Source of the DNA: Thermodesulfobacteriota bacterium
GTDB taxonomy: Bacteria; Desulfobacterota; Desulfarculia; JACQYL01
DNA: 64,000 nt
Direction: 5' to 3'
NCBI GenBank assembly: GCA_963675595.2
Contig: CAXXLZ010000002.1
Coordinates: forward strand, 4,416,001 to 4,480,000
In this document: positions 12,003-20,683 of the stretch, in pieces
How the letters are laid out: the number at the start of each line of letters is the position of its first letter
Position numbering within the stretch: position 1 is the first letter of the stretch
Notes under the pieces: generated by a model
Database searches by the model: none
What the model was told of the DNA's origin: nothing
Seen by the model: only the letters and a program-made list of their open reading frames with translations
Program-made: the position numbers and the translations under genes

Positions 12003-12688
12003 GGGATATCCACCTCGGGGAAAAAGTTTTCGACTCCTTTAGCAGAGCCTGAAGGGTTCGTCAATGACGTGTCGGGTTTTGAGCGTTTCATGTCCGACTT
12101 GTGTGGCCCGCTCTTTGCATTTCCATACCAGAAAAGAACTTGTTCCGCTCCAGCAAGCGGCGGTTTCCGGTCCTTTCGGAAGGACGGCGAAATGCAGGCC
12201 GGTCGGAACCGACCGGTGGCTGCGCTGAATGGAACAAGCCCTTCGTAGGAGATGAACCGTTCCGTCGTCGGGAGCGGGAAGACCGCTCGTTCGCTGGGAA
12301 AGAGTCCCGGAGCGGAGGGTTGGAGGCGTTTCACGGGAAATTGAATGTAATGTGCCCCAAGTGGGCACTTGGTTTCACAACAGGCTGAAATGAGGACGAC
12401 TCGGGCGGTGTCCGAGCCCGCGAGAGGTGAGGTGGGCTTAACGACGATACGCGCCGTGCGAGCGGTTAGTTGCGCCCGGAGCCCGCCTATAGAAAAAACC
12501 TCTGTTTTCAGTAAGTTGCGTTGCACAAGTAGCTCGGCGGTCGGAATCCCCCGGACTTGGTGTCCGGTTCCGGCCGATTTCGATCCGCCAAGAGATGGAA
12601 ATCCCTTCCTGTGTGTCCTGATTTGCGCTCCCTATCGTCCTAAACAGTCAAGGACAGATTCTGTTGGGTGTCCGGATTAGTCTATTTA

Positions 12689-12701
12689 TTTCAGGTAGTT
12701 G
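12689..12701 (+). promoter_or_regulatory. IHF-like binding site (second copy at 12506-12518)
   Basis: TTTCAGGTAGTTG and TTTCAGTAAGTTG each match WATCARNNNNTTR with one mismatch and follow AT-rich tracts. Confidence 0.45.
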
Positions 12702-12774
12702 CCGCTATATTTCTTGATGCTCTCCTCTGGAATGCTCTTGCTCCTCTGCTTGCCTCCTTCTTCCGACTCACTGC

Positions 12775-12790
12775 CGGCACACCTCTTGCT
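12775..12790 (+). promoter_or_regulatory. Sigma-54 (-24/-12) promoter
   Basis: CGGCAC-ACCTC-TTGCT has exact GG-N10-GC spacing and lies about 75 nt before the first peptide ATG. Confidence 0.7.
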
Positions 12791-12863
12791 CTAAGACAAA
12801 AGTGACTGATCGGACATCGGTCTTTCGTTCTGAAGCGAAAACTACGCACTGGAGGATACGAAT

Positions 12864-12944
12864 ATGGCAGTGGAAAGCAGCGGAATGGTGACGTTCATGG
12901 GGATTCTGGTTTCCCTTACCGTGGTGGCCATGTTTTTCGCCTAA
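12864..12944 (+). CDS. 26-aa hydrophobic peptide 1 (MAVESSGMVTFMGILVSLTVVAMFFA)
   Basis: RBS GGAGG at 12851-12855, ATG 12864, TAA 12942-12944. Paralogue of the next ORF. Below the ORF-track size cutoff. Confidence 0.8.
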   Translation: MAVESSGMVTFMGILVSLTVVAMFFA

Positions 12945-12980
12945 TCACCTGACTGAGTTCAAAAACCAAGGAGGTACATG

Positions 12981-13061
12981 ATGTCTGTTGAAAGCACTGG
13001 AATGGTAACGATCATGGGTTTCGTCGTTTCTCTCACCGTGGTGGCCATGTTTTTCGCTTAA
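12981..13061 (+). CDS. 26-aa hydrophobic peptide 2 (MSVESTGMVTIMGFVVSLTVVAMFFA)
   Basis: RBS AAGGAGGT at 12968-12975, ATG 12981 (alternative 12978), TAA 13059-13061. 21/26 aa identical to peptide 1, with 6 synonymous codon differences. Confidence 0.8.
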   Translation: MSVESTGMVTIMGFVVSLTVVAMFFA

Positions 13062-13296
13062 TCGATTGCTGCGGAAGTCGACAAACTTAGGAAGTTTTAT
13101 ATATATGTGAAGCGGATGCGGGCGGGTGCGAACCCGCGGGATGCCGACCGGTGTTTATACGGGAATCGGCGTCCGCGCACGTCCGCTTTTCATTTTTGTA
13201 CGCCCCGTAATCATCGAGTCATGTCCCTCGGCTCTCGGGGGGAGCGGGCCCAAGCCCCGGATATCAAGCAACCTTGCCTTGCAGAGGGCGGGAACC

Positions 13297-13503
13297 GTGG
13301 AAGTATCGAACTACTTCGACCTCCTGCGTTTCGAATCTTATCAGAGCCTCATCCCTCATCGTTTCCTCTCGGATGGGACCTTTTCCTTACCTACAGCTCA
13401 GTCCGACAACCCGGCTTCTCGGCAGGTGATTCCTCCGGAATTGCATTGGGAGTGCGTGCAGGTTCAGACGCCGGCTCTCCCGAAAGCGGCATCCCGCAAG
13501 TGA
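13297..13503 (+). CDS. Possible small hypothetical protein (68 aa, VEVSNYFDLLRFESY...)
   Basis: 3' part of ORF 13126..13503. GTG start after a purine-rich GAGGGCGGGA; stops 35 nt before the kinase. No recognisable motif. Confidence 0.3.
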   Translation: MEVSNYFDLLRFESYQSLIPHRFLSDGTFSLPTAQSDNPASRQVIPPELHWECVQVQTPALPKAASRK

Positions 13504-13538
13504 CCGAAGTGCAACGATTCTGAAGTGGAGGTGCGCGG

Positions 13539-16500
13539 ATGAAACTCTTAAAGGCGCCGAATCCTTCCCGTCGGGGATCGAGACTGCTGCTCCCGGCGAT
13601 GTTGGTGGTCGGTTTGGCGGGCATCCTTATTTTGCTGAGCGATACCGATATCTTTGCCTCCACGTCGGTCGATGAGGCAATGAAGGAGGTAGTGGCGGAA
13701 GCCGGGACGTCATCCGCGGACGCGGGAAAGGCTCTATTACATTGGACGTTGCTCTTATGCGGCGCCTCGGTTTGGATCCTTCGTTCCCATTCCGGCCGAG
13801 CGAATCGGGAGCGGGAGCTCGGCGAAATGCTCCAGCGATACCAATCCATTTTGGAGACCATCGAGGAGGGCTATTACGAGGTTGATTTGGAGGGGAACCT
13901 GACGTTCTTCAACTCTCCTCTCGCCGCCATTCTGGACTACCCCGAAGAAGAGCTCTACGGAATGAACTTCAGGATATACACGCCGGAAGCGAGCAAGCAG
14001 GAGGTTTTTCGGATATTCAACGACGTGTACGTCTCCGGCGTGCCCGTCCGCGGCTACTCCTGGGAAGTTCTGCGGAAGGGGGGCGACAGGCGGGTTATTG
14101 AGGCTTCGGTCTCCTTAATTAGAGACCCGGATGGGGAACCAACGGGTTTTCGCGGCATCATCCGGGACATTACCGAGCGGAGGAGGGCGGAGGAGGCACT
14201 GCGCGAGTCCCGCAGAATGCTTGACGCCGTGATGAACAGCATTCCCCAGGCTATGTGCTGGAAGGGGCGAGATTCGGCCTACTTGGGGTGCAACCATGTC
14301 TTTGCGCAGCATGCCGGTTTGTCCGACCCCGAAGGCATCGTCGGCAAAACGGATGCGGATATCGCTTGTCTTCAGGAGGAGGCGCCGCACAACAGGGAGC
14401 GGGAAAAGGAAGTCATGGAATCCGGCATCCCGGAGCTCCATGTGATCGAGTCGAGAGCCGGCGTCGATTGTCGACCGATCCGGCGCGATACGACTCGGGT
14501 TCCCCTACACGATGCTTACGGCAACGTCATGGGCATTCTTGTGGTGTATGACGACGTGACGGAACTGAAACGAGCCGAAGAAGCGATCAGGGCGAGCGAG
14601 GAGCGTCTGAGAGTGATCATGGATGCCCTCCAGGTAGGAATTCTGCTCGTAGACGCTGAAACCAGGATGATTGTGGATGTTAACCCGGCTCTTGTTTCCA
14701 TTCTGGGCGGTACCAGGGGGCAGATTGTCGGGCGGCCGTGTGTTCTCCCGGGATGCGTGCCCCATGAAACCAAGTGTCCCATCCTTGGTGAAAGATCCAA
14801 GGAATGCAGAGTGGAACGGACTATTGTCGGCGGCACGGGTGAAAGCACCCCGGTGCTTGTCTCCGCCTCTTTGATCGGTCTTGCCGGGCGCGACCACGTG
14901 CTCGAAACCTTTGTGGATATAACGGATCGGGTCCGCGCCGAAGAAGAACTCAGGGTGCAAACCCATCGTGCCTTGAAGGCGGGGCGAGAATTGGCCGAGG
15001 TTAACGAACAGCTTGAAAACGCCGTGTCGCGGGCCAATGTGATGGCCCTCGAGGCACAATTGGCAAATCGGGCGAAAAGTGAGTTTCTTGCCAACATGAG
15101 CCACGAAATCAGGACACCCATGAACGGCGTCATCGGGTTCACGGAGATGCTTCTGGAGACTTCACTCACCGGGGAGCAAAGAGAATGTGCTGAAACCATC
15201 AAACGAAGTGCGGAAGCACTTCTGAACTTGATCGACGACATCCTTGACTTCTCCAAAATCGAAGCGGGGCGGCTTCAACTGGAGAGAGTGGATTTCGATC
15301 CCGAATTACTCCTTTATGACGTGTGTACGATTATTCGGCCCAGAGTGTCTCCAAGTGTGGAAATCGTCTGCCGCATCGGTGACAGTGTGCCTTCGTATCT
15401 CAAAGGGGATCCCCACCGGTTCCGTCAGGTACTGATCAATCTCTTGGGAAACGCGGCCAAATTCACCCAGGCCGGGTCCATCGAGCTTACGTTGGAGATT
15501 CAGGAGGTAATCGGCCACCGCTCAAAAGTGCACGTCCAGGTTCGGGACACGGGTATCGGCGTTCCATCGGACAAGCTGTCCTGTATCTTCGAGATGTTTC
15601 AGCAGGCCGACGGTTCAATGACCCGAAAATACGGGGGCACCGGTTTGGGCCTCTCCATCTGCAAAAGGATCGCCCATCTCATGGAGGGGGAGGTGTGCGC
15701 CGAAAGTGTTCTGGGAAAAGGAAGCACATTTCACTTCTATGCATGGTTCGAAGAGTCCGGCAGGGCGCCTGAAGAAATCCCTTCCGCCCGGCGGCTTGAT
15801 GGGAAAAGAGTACTTGTGGGAGACGGCAATCCGTCGGTTAGGGAAGTTCTGCTGCACACCGTGGTTGCGAACGGGGGTATCGCGGTGTCCGCGGATCATA
15901 TCGACGCGGTCATCGCGGCGGTGGTGGAAGCGGAGAAGGCGGGGACGCCTTTTAACGTCGTCTTGTTGGACCTTTCACTTCCGGGCTCGGAAAGCGCTCA
16001 TGGCATGGTGAAGAGGCTCAGGGACTTGAACGACGGGTATTCGAATATCTCGTTGGTGGCTCTATCGTCCTCTCATGAGAACGGTACCAAGGAAGCGCTC
16101 GAGGCGGGATTCGATGGAGTTCTGAGCAAACCGGTACGCCGCGGAAGGCTCGTCGAAATGGTTCAACGTCTCGGGAAGACCGAATCGAAGTCGCCCGAAT
16201 CGGAGCCGGCGGCCGAGAGCGTGAGGCGATGCGTCGACGACCAAAGCGAAGACCCTTCCATACGAATACTGCTCGTGGAGGACAATCCGGTCAACAGGAG
16301 ACTCACCGAAATGATGCTTCACAAGGCGGGATACAGGGTGGAAATCGCGGACAATGGAGAACAGGCTTTGGAGAAGTTCACTCACCGGCCCGGCGATTTC
16401 GACCTGATTTTCATGGATATCCACATGCCCCGTATGGACGGCTTGAAAGCGGCCGAGATTCTTCGGGAGAAGGGATATGCGGAGGTTCCCATCGTGGCCA

Positions 16501-16631
16501 TGACCGCGGGAGCCGTTGAAGGGGACCGCGTGAAGTGTCTGAAGGCCGGAATGAACGATTACCTCACCAAACCGGTAAAACCTGAGGAAGTGCTGCGGCT
16601 GGTGAGAACCTGGGTGCCCGTCGGAAAGTGA
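13539..16631 (+). CDS. Hybrid sensor histidine kinase (2 TM, 3 PAS, HisKA, HATPase, 2 REC)
   Basis: GGAGG RBS; three PAS/PAC units ending DITE/DVTE/DITD; H-box [15 protein letters not shown]; [15 protein letters not shown] and GGTGLGL; receivers LLDLSLP and FMDIHMP. Confidence 0.93.
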   Translation: MKLLKAPNPSRRGSRLLLPAMLVVGLAGILILLSDTDIFASTSVDEAMKEVVAEAGTSSADAGKALLHWTLLLCGASVWILRSHSGRANRERELGEMLQRYQSILETIEEGYYEVDLEGNLTFFNSPLAAILDYPEEELYGMNFRIYTPEASKQEVFRIFNDVYVSGVPVRGYSWEVLRKGGDRRVIEASVSLIRDPDGEPTGFRGIIRDITERRRAEEALRESRRMLDAVMNSIPQAMCWKGRDSAYLGCNHVFAQHAGLSDPEGIVGKTDADIACLQEEAPHNREREKEVMESGIPELHVIESRAGVDCRPIRRDTTRVPLHDAYGNVMGILVVYDDVTELKRAEEAIRASEERLRVIMDALQVGILLVDAETRMIVDVNPALVSILGGTRGQIVGRPCVLPGCVPHETKCPILGERSKECRVERTIVGGTGESTPVLVSASLIGLAGRDHVLETFVDITDRVRAEEELRVQTHRALKAGRELAEVNEQLENAVSRANVMALEAQLANRAKSEFLANMSHEIRTPMNGVIGFTEMLLETSLTGEQRECAETIKRSAEALLNLIDDILDFSKIEAGRLQLERVDFDPELLLYDVCTIIRPRVSPSVEIVCRIGDSVPSYLKGDPHRFRQVLINLLGNAAKFTQAGSIELTLEIQEVIGHRSKVHVQVRDTGIGVPSDKLSCIFEMFQQADGSMTRKYGGTGLGLSICKRIAHLMEGEVCAESVLGKGSTFHFYAWFEESGRAPEEIPSARRLDGKRVLVGDGNPSVREVLLHTVVANGGIAVSADHIDAVIAAVVEAEKAGTPFNVVLLDLSLPGSESAHGMVKRLRDLNDGYSNISLVALSSSHENGTKEALEAGFDGVLSKPVRRGRLVEMVQRLGKTESKSPESEPAAESVRRCVDDQSEDPSIRILLVEDNPVNRRLTEMMLHKAGYRVEIADNGEQALEKFTHRPGDFDLIFMDIHMPRMDGLKAAEILREKGYAEVPIVAMTAGAVEGDRVKCLKAGMNDYLTKPVKPEEVLRLVRTWVPVGK

Positions 16632-16645
16632 GTCAACTTCGTATG

Positions 16646-17296
16646 TTATGAGTCGCTTTCACCCGTTGCCGAGCCTTCTTGGGGCGAGGGTTTGGGCGAA
16701 ACCGCCTGTTCGGCGGCGGTTGTACCGTCCGTGAGGGAACGTTTGTCAAAGGTCAAAACGAGTTGACCCGTACCGGAGCCTTTGCTCTCGAGTTGCAGCA
16801 CTACATATCCGGTCGGCGTTTGCCAAAGGGACATCCAGATTCCGCAGTTTCCGAATCCGAGACATTCGTAAAACTCGTCGTCTTCGGTGAACTTCTCATT
16901 TCCCACGGTTTTTGAAGACATGGGGTCTCCAAAGGAGCGGGACAGCCGAACCTCAAATGCATCGAACGCCTCGCGGCCCAAAATGCCGTACAGATCTTCA
17001 TGGATGGGGCGCCCCTTCCAGACGACGCGATTCAGCCCGTAGGCGGGGTGCACGTATCCGATGACCGTATCGGTGTCATCCAGAGGATGGGGCAGGTCTT
17101 CCATGATCACGGCGGTGAGAACCCCTTCCACTCGGGTTTGCGTGATGCGGACGCCTGCGTCTCTCAATTGATTCTCGTGGAGGCCCCAGGAAATGCCCAA
17201 AGGAGAATCGAAGTCCGTTGGACCGCCCGCCGCTTGCCCGAAGTTGGGGAAGAGCAGACAAACAAGGATGAGGATTGAGCTTGCCGTTCGATTCAT
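16646..17296 (-). CDS. Hypothetical secreted protein
   Basis: GGAG RBS and signal-peptide-like N-terminus. Fills the gap between real genes; no family recognised. Confidence 0.65.
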   Translation of the reverse strand: MNRTASSILILVCLLFPNFGQAAGGPTDFDSPLGISWGLHENQLRDAGVRITQTRVEGVLTAVIMEDLPHPLDDTDTVIGYVHPAYGLNRVVWKGRPIHEDLYGILGREAFDAFEVRLSRSFGDPMSSKTVGNEKFTEDDEFYECLGFGNCGIWMSLWQTPTGYVVLQLESKGSGTGQLVLTFDKRSLTDGTTAAEQAVSPKPSPQEGSATGESDS

Positions 17297-17749
17297 CGCG
17301 GACTCCGAATAAACAATAGTAAAGCCCCGTGCGATCTTACCCTTCGCACCACCGGTCGGTATTCCCGGCTTACCTTCCCGAGTTCGCCGACTCGGGGAAC
17401 GAGGTCCGATTGTCGATGTGCAATGGGGTGAGCGGATTGATAAATCACATTATAAAGGGTATCCGGGGAGGGATGCAACCACGAGAGGCAAGCGGCAGGG
17501 AAAAAGGATCGGGCGTGTTCCAATAATTTGATCTCTTATCCCAATAAATAACGATGCCTCTCCGCGCTTGACGGCACACGCCGGATGCCGAACTGATTCG
17601 AATATACAGGATTCCGGGTTTTCGGTTCATTGGGGCTTCCGACTTTCCGGCTTCGGCACAGGTCGTGTGTAAATGCAATGATCGTCCGGTCGGCATTCGT
17701 CGGCAGGCTCGTACAGGCGGGATTTCGGTTCGAACCGTTGAGGAGCAAG

Positions 17750-19075
17750 GTGGTGAGCAATCGGGCATCCATATGGAACAAGACCGTCATCGGATGGAGT
17801 CTCTATGATTTCGCGAATTCCGCCTTTGCCACCACGATCTTGGCGGTGATTTTCAACAAGTACTATGCTCAGGTCGTGGCCGGTGGGGAAGAGGGGACCG
17901 TGGTGTTCGGGTATCGGGTACAGGGGGCGGCTCTGTTCGGCTATGTGTTGTCGCTGAGTTATGCCGTGATTGCGGTGGCCTCACCCGTACTGGGCGCCAT
18001 TGCGGACGCCGCCTACCGAAGAAAGAGCTTCTTGGGCGTTTGTTGCGCCGTGGGGGTTTCGGCTTCCGGTTTGCTCTATTACGTGGGGCCCGGGGACGTG
18101 TTTACGGGCAGCATGCTGTTCATCATTGCCAACATGGGCTTTGCGGGAGGAAATGTTTTCTACAACAGCTTTCTCCCGGAAATCTCCAACGAGTCCAATG
18201 CGGGTCGGATATCCGGCCTCGGTTGGGCGGTCGGTTACGTTGGGGGCGGCATGTTGTTGGGGGTGAATCTTGTGATGCTCCAATACCCGGAGTTATTGGG
18301 GTTTGCTCCCGGCACTTTCACCGTGGGGCACTGCTTCGTGTCCGTGGCGTTGTGGTGGGGGCTGTTTTCCATTCCCATGTTTGTCTGGGTTCCCGAGCAA
18401 GGGCGTCGCGGCACGGCAAGGGATCCTTCAGGCTATGTCCGTTCCGGATTTCGGAGGGTTGGAGAGACGTTGCGTCATATCCGGCGATATCGTGAGTTCT
18501 CGAAGTTTATTCTCTCCTATCTCATGTTCAACGATGGAATCGAGACCGTCATCGTCTTTGCTTCGATTTATGGAGCCACTGTGGTGGGCATGGACACCGG
18601 CGAACTCATCGTGTTCTTCCTCGTAATTCAGGGTACCGCTTTCGCCGGGTCTCTCTTGCTGGGCTTCCTCTCGGATGCTTGGGGACAGAAACGCACTCTG
18701 TTGGCCGCCTTGTGCGTTTGGACTCTGATCGTACTCTGGGCTTCCGTCCTGGGTATGTGGGACCTGAAGGGGGAGTACTGGATATTGGGTATCTTGACGG
18801 GGATCGTGCTCGGAGGTTCACAGTCCATCGCGCGTTCACTCGCGGGACTCTTGATTCCTCCGTCGAAGAGCGCTGAGTTCTATGGATTTTACGCCATCAG
18901 CGGCAAGTTCGCGGCGGTTTTGGGGCCGGCCATGTACAGTTCGGCCATCGCTCTCACCGGGAGCATGACGCGGGGTATTCTCGTGCTGGGACTGCTGTTC
19001 GTCTCGGGGATGATCGGCCTTGCGACGGTGAACGTCCCCGCGGGCATTCTTGCGGCACGGGCGGAAACCCCTTGA
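17750..19075 (+). CDS. MFS transporter, UMF1/Atg22-like family
   Basis: WSLYDFANSAF, NVFYNSFL, ISGLGWAVGYVGG, NDGIETV and QSIARS motifs; many TM segments. GAGGAG RBS precedes GTG 17750/17753. Confidence 0.88.
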   Translation: MVSNRASIWNKTVIGWSLYDFANSAFATTILAVIFNKYYAQVVAGGEEGTVVFGYRVQGAALFGYVLSLSYAVIAVASPVLGAIADAAYRRKSFLGVCCAVGVSASGLLYYVGPGDVFTGSMLFIIANMGFAGGNVFYNSFLPEISNESNAGRISGLGWAVGYVGGGMLLGVNLVMLQYPELLGFAPGTFTVGHCFVSVALWWGLFSIPMFVWVPEQGRRGTARDPSGYVRSGFRRVGETLRHIRRYREFSKFILSYLMFNDGIETVIVFASIYGATVVGMDTGELIVFFLVIQGTAFAGSLLLGFLSDAWGQKRTLLAALCVWTLIVLWASVLGMWDLKGEYWILGILTGIVLGGSQSIARSLAGLLIPPSKSAEFYGFYAISGKFAAVLGPAMYSSAIALTGSMTRGILVLGLLFVSGMIGLATVNVPAGILAARAETP

Positions 19076-19111
19076 AGGGGTTCCCACACGGCTATGCGAT
19101 TTACCGGAGGA

Positions 19112-19723
19112 TCACCGAAAGAGCTTGGCGGTGATTTCGGCCGTATGACGTCCCTGAAATCTCGCTCCATCCAGCTCATTGTCGCTCGGATATCGTTCGT
19201 TTCCACCGCCGGCGATTGTGGAGGCTCCGTAGGGTGAACAACCGGTGATTTCGTCGATCCTCCGCTGCCCATCGAAAGAATAGGGCAGTCCCACGATGAC
19301 GAAGCCGTGATGCAGCAATGTGATATGGAAGCTTAGAATGGTGGACTCCTGACCACCATGCTGAGTGGCGGAACTGGTGAAAACCCCTCCCACTTTGCCG
19401 ATGAATGCGCCCTTGGCCCAAAGACCTCCAGTGGCGTCCAGAAAAGCCCGCATTTGGCCGCACATATTCCCGAATCGTGTGGGTGTGCCGAATATGATGG
19501 CGTCCGCGTCGGCCAGTTCGCCCACCGTACAGATCGGAACATGAGAGAAGGCCTTGCGGGGTTCCAGGGCTCCCATCTTGGCAAGGACTTCCTCCGGAAG
19601 AGTCTCCGGTACCCGCTTCAGAGCGACTTCGGCTCCTTGGACTTCCCTAACCCCCTCGGCCACGGCTTCGGCCATCCTGTGAACGTGTCCGTACATGGAA
19701 TAGTAGACTACCAGGACTTTCAT
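19112..19723 (-). CDS. wrbA: NAD(P)H:quinone oxidoreductase WrbA
   Basis: [25 protein letters not shown] and SPYGAST motifs. Confidence 0.95.
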   Translation of the reverse strand: MKVLVVYYSMYGHVHRMAEAVAEGVREVQGAEVALKRVPETLPEEVLAKMGALEPRKAFSHVPICTVGELADADAIIFGTPTRFGNMCGQMRAFLDATGGLWAKGAFIGKVGGVFTSSATQHGGQESTILSFHITLLHHGFVIVGLPYSFDGQRRIDEITGCSPYGASTIAGGGNERYPSDNELDGARFQGRHTAEITAKLFR

Positions 19724-19833
19724 GATTCTCTCCTTCTGATCCGTGCCGTGTAATGGATTGAAATGTTACATGAAACCCGTTGTGCAAAGGGCCGTCACGG
19801 TCCGACCCGGCGGGGCGTTGCATGCTGGACCGA

Positions 19834-20484
19834 TCAGTCGCCTTTCGACTCCATGGACTCTCTGTAATAGACGCAATGAAGATTGAGCATGCAATCCGGG
19901 CATTTGGGTTTTTTAGCCGAGCATACCAAACGTCCGTGCCAGATGATCTGGTTGGAGATACGGGTCCAAACCGACGTGGGGAACAGCTTCATCAGGTCGG
20001 CCTCGATCTTCTCCGCGTTCTTGTTGGTCGTAAGACCCAAACGTTGAGATACTCTGCTCACGTGGGTGTCCACCACAACGCCGGGAATGCCCAAAGTCTC
20101 TCCCAGAATCAGATTGGCCGTTTTTCGACCGATCCCGGGAAGTTTCACCATTTCTTCCAGGGTTGTGGGCACCTTGCCGCCGTGTCTCTCCATAACGACT
20201 TGGGCGGAGGCTTTCAGACTTTTTGCCTTGTTGCGGAAAAAGCCCGTGGGGCGCACGGCTTCCTCCAACTCGTTGATGTCCGCCTTTGCCGTGGCTTCCG
20301 GGTCCGGATAGCGTTCGAACAAACCAGGGGTGACCTGATTGACCCGCTCGTCCGTGCATTGAGCCGAGAGAACCGTGGCGACCAAGAGCTGCCAAGGATT
20401 CTGGAAATTCAGAGCACATTTAGGTTCGGGATAGGCTTCGTCCAGTCGGGCTTGGATCCAGGCCGCCTTTTCTTTCAGATTCAT
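19834..20484 (-). CDS. nth: Endonuclease III
   Basis: LSAQCTD, HhH LPGIGRKTAN, VVDTHV, and 4Fe-4S motif C-x6-C-x2-C-x5-C. Confidence 0.95.
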   Translation of the reverse strand: MNLKEKAAWIQARLDEAYPEPKCALNFQNPWQLLVATVLSAQCTDERVNQVTPGLFERYPDPEATAKADINELEEAVRPTGFFRNKAKSLKASAQVVMERHGGKVPTTLEEMVKLPGIGRKTANLILGETLGIPGVVVDTHVSRVSQRLGLTTNKNAEKIEADLMKLFPTSVWTRISNQIIWHGRLVCSAKKPKCPDCMLNLHCVYYRESMESKGD

Positions 20485-20683
20485 AGTTGCCCTCTCGTGT
20501 CTCAATGCCTGCGGACCGGGGGAGGAGCCGGTCCCGGGTGTCGGGTTTCATCTCTCGTCGCCGCCCTCACGGAAAGAGGCGAACGACCGCCGCCGCCGTC
20601 GAAGAAGCGCCGGCTTGCACCGGGTATCCGAATCCTGTTACTAGGGACTTCCAAAAGTATCCCATCAGGAGCAGACGCTTTTT

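Noticed and set aside
11966-12680. ORF-track frames in the 12.0-12.7 kb gap
   Set aside because: Overlapping, motif-free and without a usable RBS; the region reads better as divergent regulatory DNA.
12728-12742. Additional sigma-54-like box TGGAATGCTCTTGCT (similar one near 47692-47706)
   Set aside because: GG-to-GC spacing is 9 nt rather than the required 10.
12864-13061. The 117-nt-period duplication as a CRISPR array or non-coding repeat
   Set aside because: Only two ~81-nt units, bounded by ATG and TAA, with differences concentrated at synonymous or conservative positions and no cas genes in the window. It behaves as a coding duplication.
12864-13061. Peptides as type IV/Flp pilins, AgrD or classical RiPP precursors
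   Set aside because: No G|F-x3-E prepilin motif or basic leader, no Cys or charged AgrD tail, and no adjacent AgrB or modifying enzyme.
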